Positions 38,556 through 50,871 are shown, counted from the first letter of the stretch. The stretch: DNA of 64,000 bases from Takakia lepidozioides (GCA_030704615.1 CM060732.1:8308001-8372000), one strand, 5' to 3'. Translations and numbers: made by a program. The notes: generated by a model not told the origin, from the sequence alone.

Positions 38556-39624
38556 CAATAGCACCACAGAGATGAAGAGAAGCTTTGGAATGAGACACTT
38601 TTCTGACCCCAGTCAATGGTGGGACAATGTGGGTGGATGGTCAACTGGAAACAGCATCGACAACAGCGCAATTGATAAAGCAAGGCACTGCTGATGAAAG
38701 GTACCTTCTTCAACACATTTCAGCCTGAGGGCACCTTCTGGTTTGACCTGTTTCAGCCTGTTTTTCCCTCTCATCAGACTCAGCCCTGAAGCATATGTAT
38801 TGAATTCTGTAAGTTAGCTCGTTGGGTGGATCTGCGGTGCTCTGGAGTGACTTTGCAAGTTGCTGCCGAGGTGGTAGCATGACAGTACCTAAAAAAAGAT
38901 AATAGATAGAACAAGGGATTGCTAATGAAGGTACCTTCTTCAACACATTTCAGCCTGTTTTTCCCTATTATCAGAGTCGTCCCTAGATTTCCAGATGGCG
39001 GATTCCAAGCTCCAGATTACCTATGATTCCATGTGGAATGATAGCTACAAGAAACCTGGATGGGTAGATGGTCAACTGGAAGCCACAGTAGTAGCTGCAG
39101 AGGCATGATGTACGCATTGTTAGTGTGGAGGGAGGGGTAGCTGTTGATGCAGGGAGAGGATCGTGGGTGCAAAATCATCCAAGAGGGCCAGATTTGGAGC
39201 AAGGAACAGCGCTGGCAGGAGTTCTATAAATTTGATCCACAGCGGTGGGACAATATTGTCAACAAGGTGAGCTTTCTTCATGCAACATCGTAGGGAGTTT
39301 GACATAACTTTGTATTTAAATATGTTAGTGTGGAGGGAGGGCTAGCCGCTGATGCAAGGATGGACTGTGGGTTCAGGATCACCCAAGAGGGCTACCAGCA
39401 GTGGAAGTAGCAGCATTTGGTCAATAGCAGCAGCAAAAATTAACAACATCAAACTCATCAATCAGGTACTTGCTTTTGTATACATTTCATCCTCTTATGA
39501 ACGTAGTTCCTACTTGGACAGCCTATAGGGTTGTATAAAACAGGACTTTGGAACCTTCCAACCCGGGTGCTTTGTTATTGGTCTATCAAGGTCTGATTTG
39601 AAATATTTTCATTGCATTTTGCAG

Positions 39625-42600
39625 GTGAACTCATCATGGAAGAAGAGTTGGAAGTAAAAGTCATGCTTGTTGGAGGAGATGCATCACCAAACAGGCTTGG
39701 TTCTGTGTTCACTATGCAAGGTGTCACATACAAATGCATCCGAGCAGAAATTATAGGTGATGAGCTTGTCTCAGCAAAATTTCATTTCCTTTCCATGGGG
39801 GGTAGTGTCCTTTCAGCCAAGCAAGAAGAGAGGATGGTTCTGAAAGGGGATATTGTACACATTAAGATTTCAGACCAAAATGATGGGGACCAAAGATTGA
39901 AAAGACCTCTATCTTCCAGTGGTTCTACGATCTTGCATGAGGACAGACCAGGCGAGGACCCGGCACCAGTGTCTATCAAGATGAGGATGGACCCTGATAC
40001 ACCCTTTGCTGGCGATGGTGGAAATGAAGACCATGCACATGAGCATGCACTTCAGCAGAGATCTGGTAGATTGTGCAGCACGTTGGCTACATCCAACGAT
40101 ATTCAAAAATGGCAGAAAGAGATTAGAGCCGTTGAAAGGAAAATCTCTGCAGAAGGACGATGTGACAAGTTTGAGCTGATGACAAAGGATCAACAAGGAC
40201 AAGCAATGTTCCACATATGGTGTATTGAGTGTGAGGATGTTTATGCACGGTCCGGGAAAAACAAACCATATGATGCATGTGCAAACTTTATGAGATCTCA
40301 TTTGAGGAGTGAGGGGCATCGCATAGCCTATGAGAGGCGTCAGAGGAAGTCGCTCGGTTTTGTGAGGACAATCCTGGAAACAGATTTGAGATTGTGGAAG
40401 CCACAATTGGAGACTATTCGCAGTTGGGTTCCATAAGGATTAGGTGCCCACTGGATTCGAAGTGGCTACTCTTGTTTCCAAGGACAGGTTCTTTGCAATC
40501 TTCTTTGACAGAGCATGTGAAAGGAAAAACTCATGTCGATGCAGAGATTTGCCAGAAGGTTGGAAGTAGTGAAGGACCTTGCAAAAAGAGAGGAAGGCCT
40601 CCAAAGCCTATGATTGCCAAAGATGTAAAGCAATGGGATCTAAGCTCTTTCTTGGTCAGTCAACCTGTGTTGCCGTCCCCACCACTTGACAATCCAATTG
40701 TGGCATCAACAATGGGAGCATCCTCGTCACAAACTCCATACGCTTGTGTTGACGCTGCCCAACGGGGAGATCTGATCGAGGATTGACAATTACAGCAAAG
40801 GTCCCAATGCAACAAAGGAAGAGACAGTTTGTGTTGGGGCCTATGGGATGAATGGTGGGAGTACAACCAGCAGAGAATAAGTCTGAAACCATTCCTTCAA
40901 GATAGCAAGGGAGGAAAGAAGTGGTATGTCGAGCCGTTGACAAATGCAACCATCACTCTAAACAATCAAGAGCATAAGGTTGTTGGTACGTTTCGGCACG
41001 CGGATTGTTTTAGAGTGTCATTGGATGGGGAGCCATTTCCAAACTTGAGATGTTCAGCATGTTCTTCCATTCCCTTGGAAAATGACTTCAGAATGAGGGT
41101 ATATAGAGAAAGAGGTGCCATGGAATGTAGAGGGGAGAGAGATACTGGCAAGGGAAGAAGGTTGTCATATCTTGGAAATGCGGAGATTGTCAAACAAGTT
41201 TACAAAAACAGACAGGAGTTGAGGCAGTTGAGGTTCAAATTGTGGGAGGCCAGGACCAAAGTGGCATCATTGTCTGTGCGATGTAGGAGTTTGAAGGAGT
41301 CTGGGATTGAGGCAATTGAAAGAGGAGATGTTCTCAAATTTTGTCGTGATATTGTTGATGCACATAGGAGGCGGGATTTTGAAGGAAAAGAAAGTTTGTG
41401 GGATTTTCTTGTTGATATGGGCAAGAATATTGACAGGTCTCCACAAGGGAAGAGGTATGGTACTCGCACAAAAACAATGTTTGAGACTGTGCAGCTTTGG
41501 GGGGGTCCGAGATTGCATCATTTTTTGGCTTCAAATGTGGGGGGTCCTTCTATTGATACTACAAGACGGTCTTTGAGGAAAGGTTTGAAGTATAGAGCGG
41601 GAGAAACGGATGATATATTTCAGCATGTGGCTGGAATTTACAGAGATGTGATGGAAGATGCAAATATTCCATTGGGAAGCATCCCAGTGATGGTGGCCGA
41701 AGATGAAACTGTTGTGAAGCGATTGGTACGTTGGATTGCTAGGGATGACACCCTTCTCGGGTTTTGTGGGCTTCAAGACAACCATGTATGTATTTCAAAT
41801 TTTGTGGTGCAAGTGGGAGAAGAGGAATCAGGGTACCAACATATTGTGGAGGCATTCAAAACAATGTGGTTGCCCATTATGCTAGAGTGTTGATAGCAAA
41901 TCCTCTACATGTACAGTTACCTCGATTGGTATTGGTAATCCAGCTCACTTGCAATAGATTTGACAACAATTTTGTGAGATCACAATGGGAAGTAGTGAGA
42001 CAGTTGTGGGACAAATATGTGAGGGACGTGGTTGGGCCTATAATTGGGCATGCTTCAGACGGAGATAGTAGGAGGAGAAAAGTGATGTTAGAAGATTATG
42101 CCAATGGGGCTGGAAATAGATTTTGCATCCCTTGGGAAGGATGGTTGTTTACAGGTCGAGTGTGCAACGGGGGAGATATATACGGACTCCATGATCAGGA
42201 CTTCATCCACAATGGGGAAAAATTGGTAAATCCCTTGGACAGTGCATCACGGACTTTGGTGTTGGGTGATGAGGTTGCTACATTGAATCACGTGTTATTG
42301 GTCTACCATTCATTTTCAGTGGACAAGCATGGACTTCGGGAATGTGATATCAAAAGAGAAGATCGACAGAATTGGGCAGCAGCTCAACGATTGGCATCTC
42401 GGAAGGTGCAAGATTGTTTGAGGGAGTTACAATCAACTGTGAATCATCGAAGAGAGAGGACCAAAGGTACTGAAATTTACCTATACATCATTTCATGCTA
42501 CATCGACATTTTTTTGTCTCCTCACATGTCATTGTGTGAGAGGGTACAATCTGCTGCGAAGGTATCATTTTTTTTTTCAGATTGTGGAAGTTGTGGCTAT

Positions 42601-43926
42601 TCTAGCACGAGGTGTATAATCTAAAATCCTTCTTCATTAGCAGGGAAGCATACTTGGATTTACAAATTTCATGCCACTACGTGGTTCTACTTATCAAATT
42701 GTTCAAGGATAAGTTTAATCATGTGCAAGTTCCTTTGAGCCTTGTTGGTTCAGATGTGTGTGAAATATTCTTCAGCAAAGTGGGAGGTATGTCACGGAAT
42801 GAGAGGACATATGACGGGTGTGATTTGATTGAGAGTGCGGGAGCATTAACACGCATATCCGAGTTCGAGGCGAATCCAAAAGGACCCAAGTTCTCAAGAG
42901 CTCACAAGAAACAAGAACACATATGGTCTTCTTTGGAGAAGAAGCCAGGTATCCCCCTTGCTGATTTGTCCGACTTTTCTACTGTCCAATCGGATGATTG
43001 CATTGTAGAGGCTTTGAAAACTGGATTTCTATGCCATAAACTTGGGATGAAACCAAACAAAGCAACAAACTTGGATTGGTGGAATGAGCCATGGACAATT
43101 GAGAGACAAATGGAGGTCGAGCTATTCAAAAGCATGGAAGAGGAGGGTGATGATGTCAATGCCATAGATTCTATTTGTCCTCTTAAAATGAGGTCGTGGA
43201 AGATGAATTGGTGTGCGGGCCTTCGAATTCAATGGAGGATGTTTTGAGCCAACCTTTGGATGATCATGCGGAAGAGGTTCAAAGTGAATTGAGACATACT
43301 CTGGATGCTGTCATTGATGAGTTTGAACAAGAGAAAGATGGATCGAAGACAGTGGTTCCATTTGTCAAAGTAGACGGGAAGACCATATTCAAAAGCACTT
43401 TGGTTAGCCAACTCAATGGCAACCCTCCTCTATCCAAGGATAGATTGACACGAGTAAGAAGTGCATCGATGTTGTTTTGCCGAGAAAACAAACCAACTAC
43501 CAGCAACAAAGCCACGAGCTTGGGATTGGGTTTGGATTGTGCTGGGAGACTGCGATCCAAACTACAAACAGGAAAGGTAGACCAGGGAAAACCTGCAGAG
43601 GAGCAACCAAAGGCACTTGGTATTTGGGCAGGGTTCAAAGAATGCGGAAGAAAATCAATAAGCGGTTTGTAGAATGTAGAGATTCTGTTGATTTATTGGA
43701 GCGTCCTTCTCATATGGAGATTGGGTTAGCATGGTACCAAAAAATTCGAGGAGGGGTCTATACGTACGATTTGACGGATAACATGATGGTTAATTTGGAT
43801 TCCATTATCGCGTTAGCATGTTTAAAGTACAATGTCAAGTCAAACACATATGTTCTTGATGCAAATGACCGAAAAGTCTTTGACAACTTTATCAAAGACA
43901 AATATTTTTTTAAATTAATTTGTTAG
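39625..43926 (+). pseudogene. P-element/THAP9-like DDE transposase with N-terminal zinc fingers and multiple frameshifts
   Basis: Motifs in order VAEDETVVK, HASDGDSRRR, DQDFIHNGEKL, DRQNWAAAQRL, SDVCEIFFSKVG parallel the P-type DEM..K / SD / D..H..K / A.QL / D..E.FFS; upstream CIEC...H....GH finger. Confidence 0.7.
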
Positions 43927-44371
43927 ATTTTATTATGTTTTAAATGAATAAATTCGATATAATATAAAAACATACATATACATATTGGAGGGTTATTTTT
44001 AATGATGAAAAATGAGAATATACATACAGAAGGGGGTACTTTTCGAAAATTGTAAATTTTTGTATATTTACAGGAGGGGATTTTATAATCTTCAAAAAGT
44101 ATGTACAGAGTGGGTATAAATTATCCAAGGACCCGTATACAGGGGTTTTTTTTATTAGGCGACGAACGCACGTGATACGCACAGTTTATAAAGAGTGCAC
44201 CCCCCGGGGGTAAGACCAGCTGAGGTGTTCAGGCTGGCAGCTACACTCTGTGAGAGTGGGGATGTTACCTCATTTTCTGCGGAGATAGTGGGAGGTGTAG
44301 TGCCGGAGGGATCTTCGAATTTGAGGGTCAAGACTGCCACGGCAGCGCCATGACAAGCTGTAGCTGCCAGG

Positions 44372-44830
44372 TTGATGGAGCTGCCAGCTAGGCCAGCCAT
44401 TGAGCGCGCCATGGTGACACCTGGAGTTGTCATGTTAGACAACCAGAATGACATTTTATATTTGAGTGGACCGGCAGGCAAGAGGTACCGGCCACTGCGG
44501 GTCTTGTTGGACTCGGGAGCTCAGCCATTGATGCTGGGCAGAGCTGCTATTGAAGGCTTGGGCCTCACGGAGGCGGATATGGAGCCTTGTCCTTTCCAGA
44601 TACAGACGTCTCTGGGAGGATCGGAGCAGGCTCGGGGCATGACACGGCGTGAGTTGGCTATCAGACTACGGCCGGATCACCCTACAGATGGCTCAGTGAT
44701 GCGAGCCAAGGCCATTGTGACAGACGCGGTCTCGTACGATGTCCTGGTTGGTGGGGCACTCTTGTACCCCATGGGCTTCATCCTGGATTTTTGGGAGGAT
44801 TCAGCTTCCTATAGGCCTGGATGGCAGTCA
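44372..44830 (+). pseudogene. Aspartic protease domain of the DNMT-bearing element
   Basis: RVLLDSGAQP and YDVLVGG retropepsin-like motifs. Confidence 0.8.
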
Positions 44831-45217
44831 GGGGAGGGCCAGCATGTGCAGCTCCCTGTGACATTCATAGGAGGAGTTGTGGTTGCCCAGCAAGGCAAGA
44901 TGCCGATACTAGCAGCATTCACAGCTGCAGTGAGTTGGCCTGGAGAGTTGCTTGAGGGCAACGCTCATTTAGAGGATGTGTCACCTCCAGGAGAGCAGGA
45001 TGACATGTATGGTATGGCGGAGTTGCCTGCCATGGTTGCTCAGACTCCATTGTGGGGCACGAACAAGGATTTGCAGCGGGTTGCTGATCGACGGGTGCAA
45101 CAAACCTGGGTGGAGGCTTTTGTACCATCAGGAGAGGAGGAGAGTGCGGGGATTGCACCAGGACCACCTCAGTTGTCTCTATTGGACACCACACCTATTG
45201 TGTGGCAGTATCCGGAT

Positions 45218-46200
45218 GAAGACATTTGTCTTCTGGACTTGTTTGGCGGGATCAGCACCGGATTGGCTGCTGTGTTACAGGCAGGTGTACGAGTTCGGCG
45301 TTACCTGTATGTGGAGATGGATGAGACTGCACGACGCATTTCACTTCGCCATGTTGCTTAGTTGGTGCAGCAGTACCCTGAGTTGTTGCCGGTGTCTGCA
45401 GTTCGTGGATATCAGCAGGCCTTACCAGCAGACATTTCATTGCTGGGGCGCAGGATTTGGAGCGGGTTGGCTCCATTGATCTGATAGTGGCAGGTTGGCC
45501 CTGCCAAGGGCATTCATCAGCCGGATATGGCAATGGATTGCGAGACTCGAGGTCGGGTCTGTTTTGGGAGATGGTGCGGGTTTTGCGCCATTTGCAGCTT
45601 CATCAAGCTGTATCTCCAACATACATCTCAGAGAATGTGCCACTGATGGGCGATTCTCGGGCCAGGGTGATGGCCAGTGTGCATCAAGTCCGGTCGTGGC
45701 TTGGGTCAGCAGTGTTGCTGGATGCAGCTACAGTGGGGTCACGGGCTCATCGTCCACGGCTATGGTGGACTAACTTGATGCCACCCACACTGCTCAAGCG
45801 TGCATTTGATGGGGTGCAGCGGCCAGCACACGTCACAGTGGATAGCATTTTGGACACAAGGAGGCAGTCTCAACGTGTGAGACACAATGACCGTTCGCCT
45901 TTGGCAGTGGTCAACAGGGTGGGTCAACCACGAGCAGCATTACCTACACTGCTCAGCTTCCCAGGATCGCATGCTTTTTGGGATAATGGACCTGGCCTCT
46001 TGTGGGATGCTCAGTTGCAGCAGTTAGTGGAGCCTAATGCTGACGAGCGTGAACGGGCAATGGGTTTTACCACTGGTACCACGGCGGTGTCATCTCTTTC
46101 TGAGGCATCACATTGTCAGGTGTTGGGGCAAACAATTGATCTCAATTGCTTAACTTGGATTATCAGCTTGGCTATGGCTGAGCAACGCAGAGTGCGGAGT
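45218..46200 (+). pseudogene. DNA (cytosine-5) methyltransferase domain, DNMT3-like, within pol
   Basis: Motifs I LDLFGGI, II YVE.D, IV DLIVAGWPCQG, VI ENV, VIII AHRPRLWWTNL, IX ERERAMGF and X VLGQ; one stop at 45359 and one frameshift at about 45450. Confidence 0.92.
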
Positions 46201-46599
46201 ACACTTCCCTCGATGGTCTCTTTGCCTACCGAGACGGTACAGGCAATGAGTGGGGGCGAGCATGTGAGAACCACGGGGTGTAGGTATCCATGGCACACGT
46301 GGGAGGTGCTCGAGGTTCAGAGGGAGTTGGCAGCCAAGGTGGCGGTGATGGATGAGGTTGGGGATTTTTCTCGGGTTGAGGAAGTCCTCGAGGATGAGAT
46401 GATGGGGCAGGATGAGGCTTTGTCATTGACTGAGCAGGTAGGGAGTACTGCTCAAGAGGTTGCAACATAGCAACCACTGGACGCGTCCTCTACCTCTAAG
46501 CCCACTGGACTTAAGGTTGCACTTACGGAGGACAATTGGGAGCCTGACATTGGACCCATTGTCACCGGAGGAGAGAGACGATGTATACGGCGGTTCCTG

Positions 46600-47970
46600 A
46601 GGGCTTACAGGAATTGCTTTGCCTTCAGTTTGAAGGACTTGGGAGCACTGAAGGGTCAAGAGATTCGTATTGAGTTGGCCACTGACATGCCAATCTTTCG
46701 GAGACCCTATAGATATAGTGACATGGAGAGGTCTTTGATTCAGATGAGGACTCAAGATCTCTAGGAGGCTGGTTTGGTGGAGCTCTCTGGTGGAGAGTAT
46801 GCTTCAACCACAATGATGCTAGCCAAGAAGGATGTGTATGGCAATTGGACGGAGAGACGTATGTGCGGTGCTTACCGACTTGTAAATCGTCAGACCAAGT
46901 CCGATAAGTATGCCATGCCAACACCAGAGGAGATCTTTGATGCCATCGGGCATGCTAAGGTCTTTAGCACTTTGGATTTACGATCCGGATATCACCAGTT
47001 GCCGATCAAGGAGGCGGACAAGCAGAAGACGAAATTCTGGGGGATCAATGAGCACGGCAAGGATTGCCTATATCAGTGGCGGTTCTTACCATTTGGACTT
47101 AAGAATGCTCCTGCAGAGTTTCAGAGAGTCATGGATAGGATTCTAGAAGGGATGGACTTTGCTCGGTGCTATATAGATGACATCATCATCTTTAGTGCTA
47201 TAGTGGAGGAGCATGAGAGACACCTTCAGGTGGTATTAGAGCGCTTGAGAACGCACGGATTGAAGTTGCATCCGGGGTGCAAGTTTTTCCACAACAAGAT
47301 TGAGTATCTGGGTCACATGATATATCCTGGAGGATTGGGGGTACAACAGACTAAGATAGAGGCCATTGCACAAATTCCACGCCCCACGGATGTGAGCCGA
47401 GTTCGAGCTTTCATGGGGTTGGCAAACTATTATAGACGGTTTGTCAAGGGTTTTAGTGCCATTGCAAAGGCTCTAACCAAGTTGACCAAGGTGGACTAGG
47501 AGTGACAATGGGAAGATGAACAGGAACGAGCTTTCCAAGAGCTCAAGGCGAGGTTGACCTCGGCGCCTATCCTGAGACGACCTATCAGGGGGCGTCCCTT
47601 TCAGCTGCATACGGATTGGAGCATGCTGGGGCTTGGGACAGTGCTCACATAGGTGGATGATGAGGGAACAAAGTTCGTAGTGGCTTATGCTAGCCGCTCG
47701 AACAACGCTGCAGAGGCTAAGTACAGCTCATATGAAAGAGAGTGCTTAGCTGCAGTGTGGGCCGTGGCACATTTCAGGTGCTATCTATAAGGCAATCTCT
47801 TCACCCTTGTCACGGATCACCAGCCACTCAAGTGGTTGATGGAGTCAGACAAGCTTACGGGGAAGCTTGCACGGTGGGCACTCATACTTCAGGAGTATGA
47901 CTTTCAGGTTGTGGGGATCGACCAGGTTTGGTCAATCGGGATGTGGATGGATTGAGTCGCAATCCATGCA
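46600..47970 (+). pseudogene. Reverse transcriptase and RNase H of the DNMT-bearing element
   Basis: YAMPTPEE, LDLRSGYHQ, LPFGLKNAPAEFQ, YIDD; RNase H LHTDWS...YSSYE.ECLA...TDHQPL. Confidence 0.92.
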
Positions 47971-48289
47971 CGAGCCAGCAGGATGACACTGGAGCTCGGT
48001 GGCACGGTGAGACGGACAAGGAGATGGTGTCGGGATGACATGCATATGTCTTTTTGTGTATCTTGGCATCGGGAGGTCGGTTGGACCTACAACAGGGATG
48101 ACTGTAGACGGACTGTCTGAGGACCCTGAGGCTAGTGATGAGCCAGGTGGTACCAGAGATATACATGAGGATTCGTCTGTGTTGGACTACCTCCGTACTG
48201 GAGACATGGCAGCCACTGTGACTGCCAATGAGAGGGATCGGATCCTGCAACGAGCAAAGAGGTTCAAGTGGGAGGGGATACACCTGCTC

Positions 48290-49606
48290 TGAGTATGGGA
48301 GGATGGTCGGGTGAGGATTGTGCCTCATCCCACACAGCGTGCACGGTTAGTGCGGCATGCCCATGAGAAGTTGGGGCATTTTGGAGTGCGACGCATTCAC
48401 AGTTTACTGCAGGGGCAGTATTGGTGGCGTGGTATGCATATAGAGGTGCAACAGTTCGTGGCTAGGTGCATGGTGTGTGACAGGGTGCGTGCTTCATTCA
48501 ACGCCCCTACACCACAGTTGCATCCTTTACCAATCATGGGATTGGGCTACAGGTGGAGTCTTGACTTCGCAGGACCGTTACCACTGACTATGCGCCACCA
48601 CAGATAGGTGTTGGTGATGGTGGAGCACTTCTCCAAGTGGATTGAGTTGGTTCCGTTGCCTGACAAGACTAGTAAGGGGGCTGCGTATACATTCTTGGAT
48701 CGTGTGCTTAGCCGATTCGGTGCTCCAGCTGAGGTACTCACGGACCAAGGGAGAGAGTTCTTGGGGGAGTTTCAGGCTTTGTGTGATAAAGCCTTGATAG
48801 ATCACCGCACCACTTCTCGGGATCATCCTGAGGCCGATGGCTTGGCAGAGAGAGTTGTTCAGATGGTGAAGAGGGGTTTACGCAAGTATGGCTTGGCAGA
48901 AGGGACACCTAAGAGATTGGGATCTTCAGGTACCTTGGTTAGCCATGGGCTACCGGTTCAGCAAACAAGCATCACTTGCCTCATTCTCACCATATTTTCT
49001 TCTCTTTGGCCGAGAGCCGGATTTGCCTACAGCCATTTGTAGGGACACTGCTCAAGTCCTTAACCTTGACGATCCAGACGAGTGGGTACGTGCATGTGAT
49101 CAGCGTGCAGAGTTGTTCAAGAAAGTCATGCCCATGGCTTTTGAGAACCTTGCCATTGCACAGCACCGTGATACGTTGAGGTATGCCACTATACGTGGTG
49201 GAGGATATCGTCCTGGGGTTCGGAAGTTTAGCCCTAGTGACTATGTTTATTTGCAGCAGACTGCTCCTACGACCCTGGATGTGACTGCAGGGCGTGTTAT
49301 TCTGAGGGTTCGAGAGGTGTTGCCCTCAGGAGTCCTGATCTTGGAGGGTCGGGATGACATGACTTGGAAGGATCATGTGCGTAATTGTGCGCCATGTCAC
49401 CTTCCCAATGTTGATGGCAGAGTTGACCCAAACTTGGCAGTGGTACCTGCAGGTTTGAGGTGCATGCTCTGTGGGTCTGCCAAAGGGGTAGCCACCATGC
49501 TGGTGTGTGATCGATGCTCAAGGGGTTGGCATATGGGATGCTTGACACCACCTCTTGAGAAGGTTTTCTGACGGAGATTGGTTGTGTCCACACTGCTTGG
49601 GATAGT
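48290..49606 (+). pseudogene. DDE integrase with a C-terminal PHD finger
   Basis: HHCC (HEKLGH...CMVC), WSLDFAGP, VLTDQGREF, DGLAER; PHD CMLC...CDRC...WHMGC...WLCPHC with a frameshift in the last part. Confidence 0.9.
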
Positions 49607-49864
49607 GGCAGTGGACATGACTGGAGGCAGCTAACAAGACATGGGAGGCCAATCTCATAGGAGTCAATACACGAGATCCCAGGCTCAAATTCACAGGTTG
49701 CAAGATGGCGACTAACGATGGGGCAACTCTTGCACTCGGCCTCTTGATCTATCGAGTTTGAGTGTAGTAGGGATAGTGGTGGAGGACTTAGTGAGGCTAT
49801 GGTCACTATCACATCTTGTGGCTACCTGGACTTAGAGGGACCTAAGCACCAGCTAGGGGGACGA

Positions 49865-50571
49865 TTGTGTGGACTAGTGACTGCCATAGTGGGCAGCATA
49901 GTGGCAACCTAGTGACTGACTAGTTGTAGCCTAGTGGTTGGACTAGTGGCTGGACTAGTGGTGGACTAGTGATATACTAGTGTGTGGTGTGCACATGTGT
50001 TGTGTGGTTTTGGACAACGATGTAGTTGTGTAGCGATATGTATGCGCACGACAGCTGTCAAGTTATTTTACCACTAGTATGAAACTAGCTAGGAAATAGC
50101 TAGCTTTTACATATTGACATTTGGGACTGGCCCAAGTGTCAATCCAGGGGTCAAGACAGATTTAGGCCCTGGAGTGGTTATCTTTACGACAAGCGCGGGA
50201 GGCTCATCTTTCTCGAGTTGAGCCTCACCGCGCCTAGCTATGGCGCCGTAGTGTGGATTCTCCATGGCGTGGGGTGCACTTGGCTTGACTTGTATTTGAG
50301 TGATGAGGTTATATATGCATGAGTTTATGCTTCAGCTTTGTGAGCTCGCATGAGCTTGTGCTTGTATTCTTCTTATTTATCATTGTGTGGACTAGTGACT
50401 GCCATAGTGGGCAGCATAGTGGCAGCCTAGTGACTGACTAGTTGTAGCCTAGTGGTTGGACTAGTGGCTGGACTAGTGGTGGACTAGTGGTATACTAGTG
50501 TGTGGTGTGCACATGTGTTGTGTGGTTTTGGACAGCGATGTAGTTGTGTAGCGATATGTATGCGCACGACA
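49865..50571 (+). repeat. 3' terminal A1-B2-A2 split direct repeats
   Basis: A1 49865-50053 and A2 50383-50571 (189 bp, 3 differences) flank B2 50056-50382; purine tract AGGGGGACGA precedes A1. Confidence 0.93.
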
Positions 50572-50871
50572 GGGGAATCAACAGTACACAACGCCATAGC
50601 TAAGCTGCCGGACGTGGTGAGGCTCAACTCGAGAGAGATGAGCCTCACCGCGTCTGACGCGAGGATAACTCCCGCCAGGGCCCATTATTAACTTTGGACC
50701 CTGGATTGACACTTGGGCAAACTCAAGTGTCAATACAACAACTAGTTATTTCCTAGCTAGTTTCACACTAGCTACCTTAAACTAGATACTTTCATACTAA
50801 CTAATAAATTAACTAGTTTCACCTTAACTAGTGAACTAGTTAGTTTAACTAACATCAAAATCCACTTGACA
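50572..50871 (-). repeat. Right part of the inverted B-like repeat of the related family
   Basis: On the minus strand it begins TGTCAAG at 50871, like repeat B, and shares GAAACTAGCTAGGAAATA and CCCAAGTGTCAATCCAGGG. Confidence 0.75.

Larger units (their letters stand above)
27144..44208 (+). mobile_element. P-element/THAP9-like cut-and-paste DNA transposon with nested insertions
   Basis: TIRs CCCGGGGGGTGCACTC at 27144 and ending at 44208; 8-bp TSD GGTAAGAC (27136-27143, 44209-44216); transposase relic at 39625-43926. Confidence 0.85.
22226..50571 (+). mobile_element. Ty3/gypsy-type retrotransposon with a C5 DNA methyltransferase, a PHD finger and split direct repeats (interrupted by 27144-44208)
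   Basis: Ends TGTCA.../...CGACA flanked by GGGG; B1 22226-22552, A1 49865-50053, B2 50056-50382, A2 50383-50571; domain order gag-PR-DNMT-RT-RH-INT-PHD; gag-pol rejoins in frame (TPGVRP|AEVFRL) once the nested transposon is removed. Confidence 0.9.

Noticed and set aside
45218-46200. Bacterial restriction-modification contamination or a host DNMT gene
   Set aside because: The domain is intronless, collinear within pol and decayed like the rest of the element
46600-49860. DIRS/PAT/Ngaro classification suggested by the split repeats
   Set aside because: No tyrosine recombinase was seen; a DDE integrase with HHCC and an apparent TSD are present
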